From Patescibacteria group bacterium (GTDB taxonomy: Bacteria > Patescibacteriota > Minisyncoccia > 2-02-FULL-40-12 > GWA2-44-9), in contig JBBTTB010000011.1 in assembly GCA_038064455.1 (NCBI GenBank), forward strand, positions 1 to 62,784: DNA of 62,784 nt, read 5' to 3'. Both the position numbers and the translations under genes were made by a program. Every line of letters starts with the position of its first letter. Within the stretch, counting starts at the first letter, position 1. This document shows positions 22,424 through 33,099 of the stretch, piece by piece. The notes under the pieces were generated by a model. It was not told where the DNA came from, ran no database searches, and saw nothing but the letters and a program-made list of their open reading frames with translations.

Positions 22424-24148
22424 CTATTGCGGCAGTACTTCCTTCCACTTCGGAAGTGGCAGTGTTTCTACCGTAACATTCTGGCTTGCAGGGGTTACAG
22501 GGCAGGTGTATCCGTTTCCATCAGCGGCCTGCATGGTTGCGGCATACGTCCCCTCTGCAGTGTATGCGTGCGATGTTGTCCCAAGGTTTGCACCGGGACC
22601 AGCGCCCGCACCATCACCGAAGGTCCACGTCCACGATGCACACGCTTGCGGATTACCACCAGCGTTGTAGCACACCGCTTGCGAAGTGAATACCACGCTT
22701 TGGTTAACGCGCGGACTCTGTGGTAACACCGAGAAGGTAGTATTCGACGGGTATTGGTTTTGTGGCGAAGACCAGGACTGCTGGTTCACCGCGCACCCGG
22801 GACCCGTGCACAGTGACATGTTTGCGTAGCTCGAAACAAGACCGCCAGCATCATATGCTCGTACTCGCGCATAGTATGTTCTGTTAAAAGTGAGCTGTCC
22901 CTGCGGAATGCCGTATGATGTTGCAGAAGAAGAGATTTGCCCGGAATCATGGTTCACGCTGGTAAAACCAGCATTGTCATCTATCTGCACTTGGTAGGCG
23001 CTCTGTGTGTCTCCGGAATCATTAAACGTCCACGACACAATGCCTCCGGGCCCAAGGGCACAGTAGTCGGGTTCGGCGAGGCGCACGCCACTCACCGTTG
23101 GCGCGCTGTTTGCCGCAACGGTTACCGTGACACTATCTGCAACGCCGTCACAGGTGAGTGTATAGATGTTCGTACTGGTAAGTGCGCCCGTGGATTCACT
23201 GCCGCTGGTTGGTTTAGCCCCCAACCATGCGCCAGACGCCGTGCATGCAGAGGCATTGCTGGTGCTCCATGAGAGTGTAGCGCTCGCGCCGTTCTGGATA
23301 CTGCACGAGTTTGCGCTGTTGCAGAGTATATCTACGGTAGGAACGGGAGCGTAGGTCAGCGTCCATGAGAGCGTTACGGTGCCGTCAACATTACCACGAG
23401 TCTGTGTAGCGCCTGGTGAAACGCTCTGCAGGGTGTATGTGCCCGTGTCTCCCGCAGAAAGGGTGTAGTCTCCTACGCCAGCGAGCGAACCGGACGGCGA
23501 GCTATACCCATTAGAGCCAGAGAGCGGACATTCGCTATTTTTGGCTGTTGCCGGGCATGAAATACTCCACGAGCCTCCGCTGATGGCGTTGCCGGATGTA
23601 TCTTGTACGTTTACCACAATATCTACCCACTTTGTGGTTGATGCGTTGTATTCGTCGTCATCGTTAACATCCGCGCAACCAGGATCATTTGGATAATCAG
23701 CCAACCCATCTCCATCGTCGTCAGCCCTATTCGCACAAGCAAACGGCAACGGCGGCTCATTGTTCGGACCCTGCACCGTCTCTGAAAGATACTCATACTC
23801 TGGCATACCACTCCAACACTCAGTGATAAACGTGTTATCGCCAGAGTTGAGCGGAATGTTGTTTTCTCTAAAGGTAATGTTTGTTGCTCCATCAAGCTTT
23901 TCTACGGAGCCACCCGGCCACACGCTCGTCAGGTACACATTCCACGCACTACCACCGTTACCCGCACCAGTAACGAGATTCGCTTTTGTGTTCTGTGAAT
24001 GGGGCGATACATTCTGTACGCAATTCATGGGACACGTATTTACGTCCACACCCATCTGGCAGGCAGCCAACAAAATAGCCGGTTTCACCACAGGGATTGC
24101 TACGGCGATAATGGCGGAAATGAATACAATGCGAAGTGCGTTCATCAT
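22424..24148 (-). CDS. Secreted Cys-rich surface protein with Ig/Fn3-like and PKD domains
   Basis: Signal peptide, DDDGDGLADYP.DPGC Ca-binding-like repeat, YQVQID...YYARVR, WTFGDG...HAY PKD motif. Confidence 0.7.
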   Translation of the reverse strand: MMNALRIVFISAIIAVAIPVVKPAILLAACQMGVDVNTCPMNCVQNVSPHSQNTKANLVTGAGNGGSAWNVYLTSVWPGGSVEKLDGATNITFRENNIPLNSGDNTFITECWSGMPEYEYLSETVQGPNNEPPLPFACANRADDDGDGLADYPNDPGCADVNDDDEYNASTTKWVDIVVNVQDTSGNAISGGSWSISCPATAKNSECPLSGSNGYSSPSGSLAGVGDYTLSAGDTGTYTLQSVSPGATQTRGNVDGTVTLSWTLTYAPVPTVDILCNSANSCSIQNGASATLSWSTSNASACTASGAWLGAKPTSGSESTGALTSTNIYTLTCDGVADSVTVTVAANSAPTVSGVRLAEPDYCALGPGGIVSWTFNDSGDTQSAYQVQIDDNAGFTSVNHDSGQISSSATSYGIPQGQLTFNRTYYARVRAYDAGGLVSSYANMSLCTGPGCAVNQQSWSSPQNQYPSNTTFSVLPQSPRVNQSVVFTSQAVCYNAGGNPQACASWTWTFGDGAGAGPGANLGTTSHAYTAEGTYAATMQAADGNGYTCPVTPASQNVTVETLPLPKWKEVLPQ

Positions 24149-24149
24149 A

Positions 24150-24626
24150 TTAGCGTTGGATAAAAATGACTCGTGCCGATGATTCAGACTGAATACCGGT
24201 CACCACTACATCAATGGACTGCGCAAAGCGGTCTGCTTTCAGGGTAAAGACGCCGTTGCGATCGTCATCGGTGGTAATGTTCCACTCGGAATTTTTGAGG
24301 AACATGCGATACGCCGCGGCGAGGCGCGCTGGCTCATCTTTTGTTTTTGTGCGAATCCACAGGGGCTTGTAGTTGTCTGGGTATGCCGGATCTACCAATG
24401 CACCGCCACCGGTTACTTCTGGCATGGTGCCGAGCACAACATACGGAGGCATGCCGTTGGGCATGTTGCTCTTTGAAGCGGCAGAGATTTCTGGCAGTTT
24501 TATAGAAAAAGAATACGTCCCCGGCTTCATGTCACCACCCGAACGCGTCGTGAAGTATGCGACGACGATCACCGCAAGAAGTACTCCTGCACCACTCAAC
24601 AACGTACGACGTGATTGCATGTCCAT
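24150..24626 (-). CDS. Hypothetical membrane-anchored protein
   Basis: N-terminal TM helix; abuts the downstream gene. Confidence 0.7.
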   Translation of the reverse strand: MDMQSRRTLLSGAGVLLAVIVVAYFTTRSGGDMKPGTYSFSIKLPEISAASKSNMPNGMPPYVVLGTMPEVTGGGALVDPAYPDNYKPLWIRTKTKDEPARLAAAYRMFLKNSEWNITTDDDRNGVFTLKADRFAQSIDVVVTGIQSESSARVIFIQR

Positions 24627-24752
24627 GTGCCTCTATTGTATCACTCTTGGTGCGCGCGCATTGCTGTTTCTGTGTGGATAAAGAAAGCCCCCAATAGGGC
24701 TTATTGACCTATCCAGTGTTTGTTGTATAATTGATTTCCTAAGGAGGTCGGC

Positions 24753-24935
24753 ATGCGAGTGAGGGCGTTCTTTCCCTGGCAGAAGAGGGATGACGTGGTG
24801 CACACAGTCGCCCGGAAGCTGGCACTGCGCCACTGGCGCCTCATGGTGCGTCACATTTCCGGGCGGAAGTGGAAGCTCGTTGCCATCGAGGCGACGAGTC
24901 TGCGCGACGCCATCATCGTTCTGCTCAAGTCGTAA
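24753..24935 (+). CDS. Small basic hypothetical protein (60 aa)
   Basis: Promoter TTGACC-N16-TATAAT (24704-24731) and AAGGAGGT SD. Confidence 0.65.
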   Translation: MRVRAFFPWQKRDDVVHTVARKLALRHWRLMVRHISGRKWKLVAIEATSLRDAIIVLLKS

Positions 24936-25758
24936 GGCCGCTGACAAAATCAGTGGCCCATGGTTCCGCTTCTTGACGCTTGCCGCTCTCTGCGACAAGC
25001 GTTTTTTCTTTTGCATCAAGCGCCTCCACGGCAATGCGCGCCGATTGTAGCACCTTACGTACACGCTCATCGTTTTCTGCGGATGGTGCAAGTGCACGTT
25101 CAATCGCCCGCAATTGCATAGCTACAATGCGACGAAAACTCGCCCCAAGCGAAGATGACGCGAGTTCTTGGCGTGCCGCACGGCGTACATCCGCGTTTAG
25201 AGAAATGAGCCGCGCGAGATGTTCTACAAATACTTGCAGAGCGGCGTTATCGGCAATTCCTAGAAGCACACGCGGAACCACAGCGCGGCCGCGCTCTTCG
25301 GAAAGTTCTGCGGCAAGGTATTTTATTTCTGTTACGTAGCTTGCATCATCAACGAGCGCATCGAGCTTTGCCTCCCCGTGTTTGCCCGCAAATACATCAA
25401 GCGCAATGGTCGCAACTTCGCCATGCTCACCCGCCACTTCCCACACAAGATCTACTTTTCGAAAAAGATCATCAAACTCGGAAGCTTTTGAAATCACTCC
25501 CGGGAGCCACGCATTCCCGGCTTCAAGTAATCCAGCCTCCATCGCTCGCGAAAACAACCCTTGATCACTGGTGTCTACCTTTGCATGGAATGACGCTATC
25601 CTTGCACGATCATGTGCAATCTCTTCCGGGGTATATACATCGGAAAACGATTCAAGTTTCGGCGCTTCTTGCTTGAATTGTTCATAGAGACGCTCGAGTG
25701 CTTCACGCGCAGTGAGCGTAAGCTTAAGTCGCGTCGATCCGGGCATGATCTCACTCAT
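24925..25758 (-). CDS. Hypothetical protein
   Basis: 277-aa ORF coupled to the glyQS stop; D-rich motif EFDDLFRKVDLV...IALDV. Confidence 0.7.
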   Translation of the reverse strand: MSEIMPGSTRLKLTLTAREALERLYEQFKQEAPKLESFSDVYTPEEIAHDRARIASFHAKVDTSDQGLFSRAMEAGLLEAGNAWLPGVISKASEFDDLFRKVDLVWEVAGEHGEVATIALDVFAGKHGEAKLDALVDDASYVTEIKYLAAELSEERGRAVVPRVLLGIADNAALQVFVEHLARLISLNADVRRAARQELASSSLGASFRRIVAMQLRAIERALAPSAENDERVRKVLQSARIAVEALDAKEKTLVAESGKRQEAEPWATDFVSGLTT

Positions 25759-27119
25759 AGACGAATAGCATTAGCGATGATGCTGTCGAGGTCGCTGATA
25801 GGCACGCGCTTTTGTTCTGCGGTGTCGCGATCGCGAATAGTTACTGTGTCGTTTTCGAGCGTATCAAAATCAACGGTGATGCAATACGGCGTGCCGATCT
25901 CATCTTGCGCGAAGTAGCGCTTTCCAATGTTGCCACGATCATCCCACGCAACCATGTACTTTTCACGGAGCGCGCCAAACACGATACGAGCTTTCGCAAC
26001 GAGCTCTGGTTTGTTGCGCAGAAGCGGGAATACCGCCGCTTTGTATGGCGCGAGTTTTGAAGGAAGTGCCAACACTACGCGGTCCGGCTCTTCCCGATAG
26101 AACTCAAATAAAGTTGCCAAAAACAATCTATTAAAGCCTCCCGAACACTCAACAATAAATGGATTAAATCGCTCCCCTGTTTCTTGGTCGAAATAGGTCA
26201 AATCCTTCCCCGAATACTTAGCATGTTGGTCGAGGTCATAACTACCGCGGTGGTGAACGCCTTCAACTTCTTTAAGGCCGAGATCACCAAGCTTGATTTC
26301 AATATCCCACGCATCTTTTGCATAGAACGCGCGTTCGTCCTGATCGTGCTGACGCCAGCGGACGTGATCACCTAAGAATCCCAAATACTGAGTGTAGAAT
26401 TCGAAACGATTTTTCTTCCACTCTTCATAGAACCTGTCGGCATCTTCGGGGCGGCAAAAGTATTGCACGTCCATCTGCTCAAACTCCCTGGTTCGTAGTA
26501 GAAAACTTTTCACCGTTATTTCATTCCGAAAAGCTTTTCCGATCTGCGCAATTCCAAAAGGCAGCTTAAGCCGCATTGTCTCTTGAACCGACTTATAATC
26601 TACGTAGATATTCTGACAGCTCTCTCCTTTTAGATAAGCTACCGTCGTTTCGTCTTCAACGGGCCCGAGGTGAGTTTTAACTAATAAATTAAACTTCTTA
26701 GCGCTCGAAAGTGGATTTCCATCAATACTTTTTAAAGTATTTTTCTTAACAATGTCGTCAACCTCTTGGGGGCTTAGAGCTCCTGCGTTTTCTAAAATAC
26801 CCGCCTCTTCAATCAAGTGATCGGCTCGATAGCGTTTATGCGTCACTGTATCTTCCACCAGAAGGTCAGAGAACCCTCCCACATGCCCACTTGCTTCCCA
26901 AACCTTAGGGTGCAAAAAGATAGCGCCCTCGATTTCAACCACGTCTTCCCTACTTTCAACATTCCAATGCCGCCAAGCCTTTTCGAGGTTTTTCTTTAAT
27001 AAGAACCCGAGAGGGCCGAAATCATACGTCGCGGCAAAGCCGCCGTATATTTCACTCGACGGGAAAACAAAACCGCGGCGTTTGGCGAGAGAAACAATCG
27101 TATCAAGTGACAATGTCAT
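25755..27119 (-). CDS. glyQS: Glycine--tRNA ligase (homodimeric type)
   Basis: KRRGFVFPSSEIYGG, WEASGHV, AQIGKAFRNEI, REFEQM, IGKRY..QDEIGTP. Confidence 0.97.
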   Translation of the reverse strand: MTLSLDTIVSLAKRRGFVFPSSEIYGGFAATYDFGPLGFLLKKNLEKAWRHWNVESREDVVEIEGAIFLHPKVWEASGHVGGFSDLLVEDTVTHKRYRADHLIEEAGILENAGALSPQEVDDIVKKNTLKSIDGNPLSSAKKFNLLVKTHLGPVEDETTVAYLKGESCQNIYVDYKSVQETMRLKLPFGIAQIGKAFRNEITVKSFLLRTREFEQMDVQYFCRPEDADRFYEEWKKNRFEFYTQYLGFLGDHVRWRQHDQDERAFYAKDAWDIEIKLGDLGLKEVEGVHHRGSYDLDQHAKYSGKDLTYFDQETGERFNPFIVECSGGFNRLFLATLFEFYREEPDRVVLALPSKLAPYKAAVFPLLRNKPELVAKARIVFGALREKYMVAWDDRGNIGKRYFAQDEIGTPYCITVDFDTLENDTVTIRDRDTAEQKRVPISDLDSIIANAIRL

Positions 27120-27125
27120 GGTGTG

Positions 27126-28889
27126 CTATTGTACGGCACCCTTATTGGGTTGGTCAACGAGATCATCAGTAGAGAGGGTGCGAGAGCTTGTGGTCATCAC
27201 CTGCCCCGTGAAGGCATCGGTTGCTGTGAGTGATATGTTGCGCAAAAGCGTTATCGCCGATCCGCGCTGGACCAGTGAAGGAGTCACCGACACTTGGAAC
27301 GCCGCATCTGGCTTTACACCAGAGAAACCGGCGCCCTGCGCAACGGATGCGAGCGACCACGTGACCGTGCTTGTGTTCGCGTTGTGCACCGGCGCGCCGA
27401 ATCCGCCACTCCCCGCAGGACCGAGGAACTGCACGCCCGGTGGCAAGAGCGCTGAAACGGTAACGGCACGAATATCGTTACCCGGGTTCGCAACACTCCA
27501 ACGCACTGTGTACATTGTTGCTTGGTCTACTTGGGGCGGGAATGGGCCCGACGCGCCAAGCGAAGGATCGGTGTGGTACACCTGCGTTCCGAGACTTGGT
27601 TGCGTGCTGATCTTTGTAGTGAGTGAATCTTGCGCGGTTATGTCTTCACCGTCTACGCCCGAAGGCACATTTGGTGTGATGAGATTTGCGCTTGCCTTCA
27701 CTGAAAATGCGCGCGAACCGAATGAGCCGCTCGGGAATTGCTCTTTTAGCGCAATGGAGAATCGTGCCTCGCCGCTCGCTCCCGGTGGCAGTGCAGAAAA
27801 CTGTGGCACGGCGGCAGAATTCCACGTGATCGTTTGCGTACCCCCGTCAAAGAAGCCGCCCTGCGTATTGAGCGTGGAAATATTGTACATGTCTCCCTCT
27901 AAACGGACGCCCAACGTGAGGCCGATGAGTGTCGTGTTTGATGTGTTGCGCCACCGCACATAGTAGTCGAGACGATCGCCAACACCTGCGACTACATCAC
28001 GAGCACCTGCGATAGAAAGTTGCACGGAAAGGAGCGGGCTTGAAATGATCGTTGCCGCAGATGCCTTTTCGTAATCGAGATATTGCTCATTCACTTTACG
28101 CTGAAGCACGATGTCGAGCGTCTTTGTCTCGCGCTCTACGCCAGAAAGCGTTCCCGTCACCGCAATGCGGGCCCCCTTATTTTGTGCCAGCGTGCGAACG
28201 TCCCACACATTTGTCCCCTCGCTCGGCGCTGGCGTCGCACGCTTTGGCGTGAAGCCATCAGGAAATGTAAAAACAAAACGCAGGTCAGAGATATCGTCAG
28301 TGGTGGCGTTTCGATAATCTAAAATATACGAGACTTCTTGCCCCGAAATAGCGTTTGGGGGCACGGAAAGTGAAAGTGGCACGGGAAGCTCCGCAATCGT
28401 GGTGCTCACGGATGCACTCTTTTCAAACACCGAACGAAGTCCCTTCGCCGAGAATGCCATTTCTATGGTAGCGTTTTTAATGTTCCCCTTGTCTCCAATA
28501 AGATAGACCGTGAACGTCTGCTCCCCTGATTTTCCCGAAGAGACTCCTCCCACTTCGAGCACTTCATTCGTCGCGGGAGAGAAGACGCCATCGTTGTCTT
28601 GCACAGAACCATCGGGATAAAAGAGGCGCATGCGCACGTCGGTGAGATCTACTTTTGTATTGTTTTGCCACTTTGCCGTATAGGTTATTTGGTCCCCGGA
28701 AGATGCTTGGGGGGCGCCTTCAAGGAGAAGGACGACGTCACTCTCACGAAATGACGGCGCGCTGTAGAGGAGCATGCCAATGCTCACCACCACCAAAAGG
28801 CCCGCGAGGCCCATAAGCCATGCGAGCGCTTTACGAGAGCGGGGTTGCGCCGGAGTGATCCATGATTGTTCCATCATAGGTAGCATCAT
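27126..28889 (-). CDS. Membrane-anchored extracellular beta-sandwich (DUF11-like) repeat protein
   Basis: N-terminal TM; repeated SG..ITY...N..LPPG/FPDGF units. Confidence 0.7.
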   Translation of the reverse strand: MMLPMMEQSWITPAQPRSRKALAWLMGLAGLLVVVSIGMLLYSAPSFRESDVVLLLEGAPQASSGDQITYTAKWQNNTKVDLTDVRMRLFYPDGSVQDNDGVFSPATNEVLEVGGVSSGKSGEQTFTVYLIGDKGNIKNATIEMAFSAKGLRSVFEKSASVSTTIAELPVPLSLSVPPNAISGQEVSYILDYRNATTDDISDLRFVFTFPDGFTPKRATPAPSEGTNVWDVRTLAQNKGARIAVTGTLSGVERETKTLDIVLQRKVNEQYLDYEKASAATIISSPLLSVQLSIAGARDVVAGVGDRLDYYVRWRNTSNTTLIGLTLGVRLEGDMYNISTLNTQGGFFDGGTQTITWNSAAVPQFSALPPGASGEARFSIALKEQFPSGSFGSRAFSVKASANLITPNVPSGVDGEDITAQDSLTTKISTQPSLGTQVYHTDPSLGASGPFPPQVDQATMYTVRWSVANPGNDIRAVTVSALLPPGVQFLGPAGSGGFGAPVHNANTSTVTWSLASVAQGAGFSGVKPDAAFQVSVTPSLVQRGSAITLLRNISLTATDAFTGQVMTTSSRTLSTDDLVDQPNKGAVQ

Positions 28890-29536
28890 TGTAGCACAGC
28901 TCGCAGGAGTGGTAGAGATGCAAAGCGTGCACCAGCGGTCACTTCAAACTGGGCGCCCACATCTCCGATACCTGCGCCAGAAGCAGTAACCGAACCACGC
29001 GGCGCACAACTCGCGCACACACGCCCACCGATATCAGCATGTGTGAACCATCCATTAGGATGCTCTTCACGAAGGCAGAGCGCACACCGACCACGCGGGC
29101 CAGGGTATCCCAGCACTGTTAGTAGTGCTTCTTGGCGAGCCGTTATTGTGGCTCGCGTGAGAAGGCGGCCTGCATTCAAATCTTCATATGCATGTGTGAA
29201 AAAATCCCAGAGTGCTTCGTCTGGATCATGAAATGGGACGAGTCGCTCACAGGCTTCGCTCATGAAGCTTGCCATGGCGAGCGCAGGAAGCGAGGCGTGC
29301 ATTTCGGGGTAGGCGTGCACCGTCTGCGCACTTGTCATAATCGGAAGCGCGCGGCCGCGCACCACGCCACAGGTAATTTGTGAAAACGCATCAGTGTGCA
29401 TACGTTGCACTGACGTGCTCCGTTGCGCACCTTTTGCAACCAACACCATACGCCCCTCTTCGCGAGAGAATACACTTATGATGCGATCTCGCTCTCCTAA
29501 AGGACGTGAGGCGAGAATAAAAGCGTGAATTGTCAT
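28886..29536 (-). CDS. recO: DNA repair protein RecO
   Basis: GERDRII..FSREEGR...VAKGA, LGY plus CxxC...CxxC zinc finger. Confidence 0.9.
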   Translation of the reverse strand: MTIHAFILASRPLGERDRIISVFSREEGRMVLVAKGAQRSTSVQRMHTDAFSQITCGVVRGRALPIMTSAQTVHAYPEMHASLPALAMASFMSEACERLVPFHDPDEALWDFFTHAYEDLNAGRLLTRATITARQEALLTVLGYPGPRGRCALCLREEHPNGWFTHADIGGRVCASCAPRGSVTASGAGIGDVGAQFEVTAGARFASLPLLRAVLQ

Positions 29537-32500
29537 GAGCGAACACCAATCCAGACGCTCATCCCCGGGGCAAGTTCAACGGTTCGCTCTTGGTCAAGCA
29601 TCGTATCGGCGTCTTTCTTTTTTACAAAAGCAGAAAGTACTGCGTCTTCGGCCATAGTATCTGTCCACGCAACCAATGCGGCAGATAGTTCTGCATGTTC
29701 AGTATACCACTGACAATAGACAGCATCTTGCACGCGATACCCCGCATCTTTACGCATGTCTTGAATGATACGCATGCATTCACGTGCGAATCCTTCAGCG
29801 CGAAGTTCAGGAGTAAGCGCCATATCGAGCGCGTCGGCTGGCGCCCCGTAGGCGAGCTCTTTCACGTTCAGCTCATCAGATACAATCGCCGCAATGTCTG
29901 AAGAAAATGCTTTTGGTTGCGCAATGAGCATGCGCGCCAATGGCTGACGCACGCGGATGTTATGCTCTTTGCGAAGTGCGAGACCGCGCGTTACTACCTC
30001 CTGCGCAAGGCGCATTTCTTCTTCGAGCGCTTCGTCGCGAGACGATGCATCAACTGTTGGCCATGCAGCAAGGTGGATACTCTCTTCCCCGCCACGCTCA
30101 TGAAAGCCCATGCGCGTAGCGATATCTTCTGCAGTATACGGCGTAAATGGTGCCAACAACTTTGCGCACGTCAGTAGCGTGTCGCGCAGTAGCGGAAGTG
30201 CTTCTGCGCGCTTGCGCGAGCGGCGCAGCCACCACTTGGAAAGGTCATCGACGATAAACGATTCGAGTGCACGTGCCGCAGGCATTGGATCATATGCATC
30301 AAGACGTTCTGTCACCGCGCTGGTAACAAACGCAAGGCGCGACGCAAGCCATCGATCAAGCGCATGCACATCCTCTCCGTTTGGTACGTTCTTTTCGGTT
30401 GCATACAATTCATAGAAGCGCACACAGTTCTCAAGCGTGCCAAAGAATCCCTTCAGTGTGGCTACAAACTCTTTGGGATCAATGGACTTTGGCTCCCTCG
30501 GTGCGTTCATGCTGTAGAGCTTCCAGCGCGTTGCATCAACACCAGCAGCATCCATGAGTTCATCAGCTTTTATCGTATTACCAATTGACTTTGACATCTT
30601 GCGACCCTTTGCATCGAGCGTGTGTCCCAGCACCATGACGTTCTTATACGGCGCTCCGTAACCAAGCAATGTCCCCACTGCGAGCATCACATAGAACCAC
30701 CCGCGCGTTTGATCAACGCCCTCCACGATAAAGTCCGCGGGGAATTGGCGTTCGGGGCCTTGTGGGTCGAGCCGTTCTTTGTGTTCAAATGGCCAGTGCC
30801 ACTGCGCATACGGCATACACGCAGAATCAAACCAGCCGTCTACCACCTCCGGCACACGGCGCATATCACCATCACACTGTTCGCACGCGATCATAATCTC
30901 ATCGATATATGGACGATGTGGGTCGAGTTGACCCTCATCATTGAATGGCCAATTAGGGAACGTCAGCTCGTGCATGCCACCTTGCTCTATGTATTGAGTA
31001 TTGCGAGTAGTAAGGATCTCTGCATCAGACAACCCATGCAGAGCACCCTCTAAAAGCCACAGCGGATCACCATGAGAAACAACAAGCACACGCTTGCCCG
31101 CATACTGCACGTTCAATTCGCGCGCAACGCTCATCATGCGCCGCGTAACATCGCGCCATGATTCACCGTCTCCAAACGGCGCGTCCATACTATTCGCCAC
31201 TTCGGGGACTTGGCAGACTGCGTGGGTTTTCCCTTCACACGCCAACCCATGATTCAATTCGCCAAGGCGCGCATCAGTAGACACAGGAACGCCAAGCGTT
31301 TCGCTTAAGAGCGCCGCTGTTTGTTGTGTGCGACGAAACGGAGACACGATGATCGCATCAACACCCCCCGATGCCTTCAGAGCCTCTGCTTCTTTTTTAA
31401 TCTGTGCCCTACCTTCATCGGTGAGATCATAGGTGTCATGCTCAAGGAGTGAGCTAATGATAAGGTTGCCGTCTTTACCACGAGTAGTAAGCCCATGGCG
31501 CGCAAGTACAAAACGCGTTGGAGTTGTCGTGCGCAAGCGATCAAGGTCTGCATAGGAAGAAATAACACGCATGTGATGGCACTCTGGCTTACTACACACC
31601 CACACTGGCAACGGTGTGCCCCAGTAGCGCTCACGTGAGAGCGCCCAGTCCTTCCCCTCGCGAAGCCACTGCCCGAAGCGACCGTCTTTTATGTGCTCTG
31701 GATACCAGTTGATCGTTTCGTTATTTGCAAGAAGTTCTTTATTCACTGCAGACATGCGAATAAACCACGATTCTTTCGCGTAATACAGAAGGGGCTTGTG
31801 GCAACGCCAGCAGTGCGGGTATTCGTGTTCGTACGGTTCTGTGCGCAAGACGCGGCCCTGCGCTGAAAGCGTTTCAAGAATGATCGCTTCGGTTTTTGCA
31901 TCCTTCGCATAGTGGCCGTCTAATAATTCCCCGACGCCGAAGAAAAACCCTGACGCGTCTACAGTGTGCACCTTCGGCAATCCAACGCGCGTACCCAGTG
32001 CGTAGTCGTCTTCGCCGTACATGACTGCGGTATGCACGATGCCCGTGCCATCGCTCGTTGTTACGAAGTCTGCGACGTATACCTTATATGACGCATCGGA
32101 TTGCAACGCAGGAACAGAAAACAGCGGTTCATAGGAAAGGCCAGCGAGACCTTTCCCGCTAATCCCGCCTTTTATACCTGAAAGTTCTGGGCCTGCGCTG
32201 ATGCCTAGCGCCTCTCTGCGCTCAGCTGCAACAATCCAGTACTCGCCATTTTCTTGCTGATATACCTCATACTCAATACTTTCCCCAACCGCGAGTGCAA
32301 CATTGCCCGGAAGTGTCCATGGCGTTGTGGTCCAGGCAAGAATGTACGTGTTTTCAGGGAGAGGAATATCATTTACATATTGCCCTGGGTTTAATTTAAA
32401 CTTCACGTACACCGAAGTGTCCGTCACCGTCTCATAGCCCTGTGCGACTTCGTGTGATGAAAGTCCCGTGCCACATCGTGTACAGAATGGAATTACGCGA

Positions 32501-33009
32501 TGCGCCCGATAGAGCAGTTGTTTGTCCCATATTTGCCCGAGAACATTCCACGCCGATTCCACATAGTGTGTATCGTAGGTAATGTAGGGATCGCGCATAT
32601 CAAGCCAGAAGCCCATGCGCTCGGTCATCTTTTCCCAGAGATCTCGATACTTCCACACGCTTGCCTTCGCTTTCGTATTAAACGCCGCGATGCCGTATGC
32701 CTCAATATCCTTCTTCCCCTTAAAGCCAAGTTCTTTTTCTACTTCAAGCTCCACGGGAAGGCCGTGCGTATCCCATCCCGCTTTGCGGAGCACACGAAAA
32801 CCACGCATCGTTTTATAGCGCCCGTAGAGATCTTTAAAAATGCGTGTCAGAAAATGCCCGATGTGGGGCAAGCCATTTGCCGTTGGAGGCCCTTCGAAGA
32901 ACACAAATGGCTCCGCGCCCGCGCGGCGGTCAATACTCTTTTGAAAAATGTGGTGATCTTTCCAAAAACGACGGGTGCGCTCTTCGCGGGTGTGGAATGT
33001 CTCGGTCAT
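29533..33009 (-). CDS. ileS: Isoleucine--tRNA ligase (IleRS2 type) with inserted histidine-phosphatase domain
   Basis: EGPPTANG.PHIGH, GWDTHGLP, WTTTPWTLP, GTGIVH, DQTRGWF, KMSKS; insert with ARHG...SPF.R..QTA...VSHG. Confidence 0.96.
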   Translation of the reverse strand: MTETFHTREERTRRFWKDHHIFQKSIDRRAGAEPFVFFEGPPTANGLPHIGHFLTRIFKDLYGRYKTMRGFRVLRKAGWDTHGLPVELEVEKELGFKGKKDIEAYGIAAFNTKAKASVWKYRDLWEKMTERMGFWLDMRDPYITYDTHYVESAWNVLGQIWDKQLLYRAHRVIPFCTRCGTGLSSHEVAQGYETVTDTSVYVKFKLNPGQYVNDIPLPENTYILAWTTTPWTLPGNVALAVGESIEYEVYQQENGEYWIVAAERREALGISAGPELSGIKGGISGKGLAGLSYEPLFSVPALQSDASYKVYVADFVTTSDGTGIVHTAVMYGEDDYALGTRVGLPKVHTVDASGFFFGVGELLDGHYAKDAKTEAIILETLSAQGRVLRTEPYEHEYPHCWRCHKPLLYYAKESWFIRMSAVNKELLANNETINWYPEHIKDGRFGQWLREGKDWALSRERYWGTPLPVWVCSKPECHHMRVISSYADLDRLRTTTPTRFVLARHGLTTRGKDGNLIISSLLEHDTYDLTDEGRAQIKKEAEALKASGGVDAIIVSPFRRTQQTAALLSETLGVPVSTDARLGELNHGLACEGKTHAVCQVPEVANSMDAPFGDGESWRDVTRRMMSVARELNVQYAGKRVLVVSHGDPLWLLEGALHGLSDAEILTTRNTQYIEQGGMHELTFPNWPFNDEGQLDPHRPYIDEIMIACEQCDGDMRRVPEVVDGWFDSACMPYAQWHWPFEHKERLDPQGPERQFPADFIVEGVDQTRGWFYVMLAVGTLLGYGAPYKNVMVLGHTLDAKGRKMSKSIGNTIKADELMDAAGVDATRWKLYSMNAPREPKSIDPKEFVATLKGFFGTLENCVRFYELYATEKNVPNGEDVHALDRWLASRLAFVTSAVTERLDAYDPMPAARALESFIVDDLSKWWLRRSRKRAEALPLLRDTLLTCAKLLAPFTPYTAEDIATRMGFHERGGEESIHLAAWPTVDASSRDEALEEEMRLAQEVVTRGLALRKEHNIRVRQPLARMLIAQPKAFSSDIAAIVSDELNVKELAYGAPADALDMALTPELRAEGFARECMRIIQDMRKDAGYRVQDAVYCQWYTEHAELSAALVAWTDTMAEDAVLSAFVKKKDADTMLDQERTVELAPGMSVWIGVRS

Positions 33010-33099
33010 AGGGAATGTATGATTACGCTAGCAAAAAAAGCGGAAAATCTCAACGTAAAAGCATTGCATGAATACAAGAGTCTATCGTACACTGCACAC

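Noticed and set aside
27082-27963. Long antisense ORFs (e.g. 27082-27963, 60338-61252, 4523-5356, 57631-58299)
   Set aside because: Shadow frames opposite well-supported genes, expected in GC-rich coding DNA.
32500-33099. N-terminal extension of the 32500..33492 ORF
   Set aside because: Overlaps ileS antisense; the real gene most likely starts at ATG 33100 after a -10 box.
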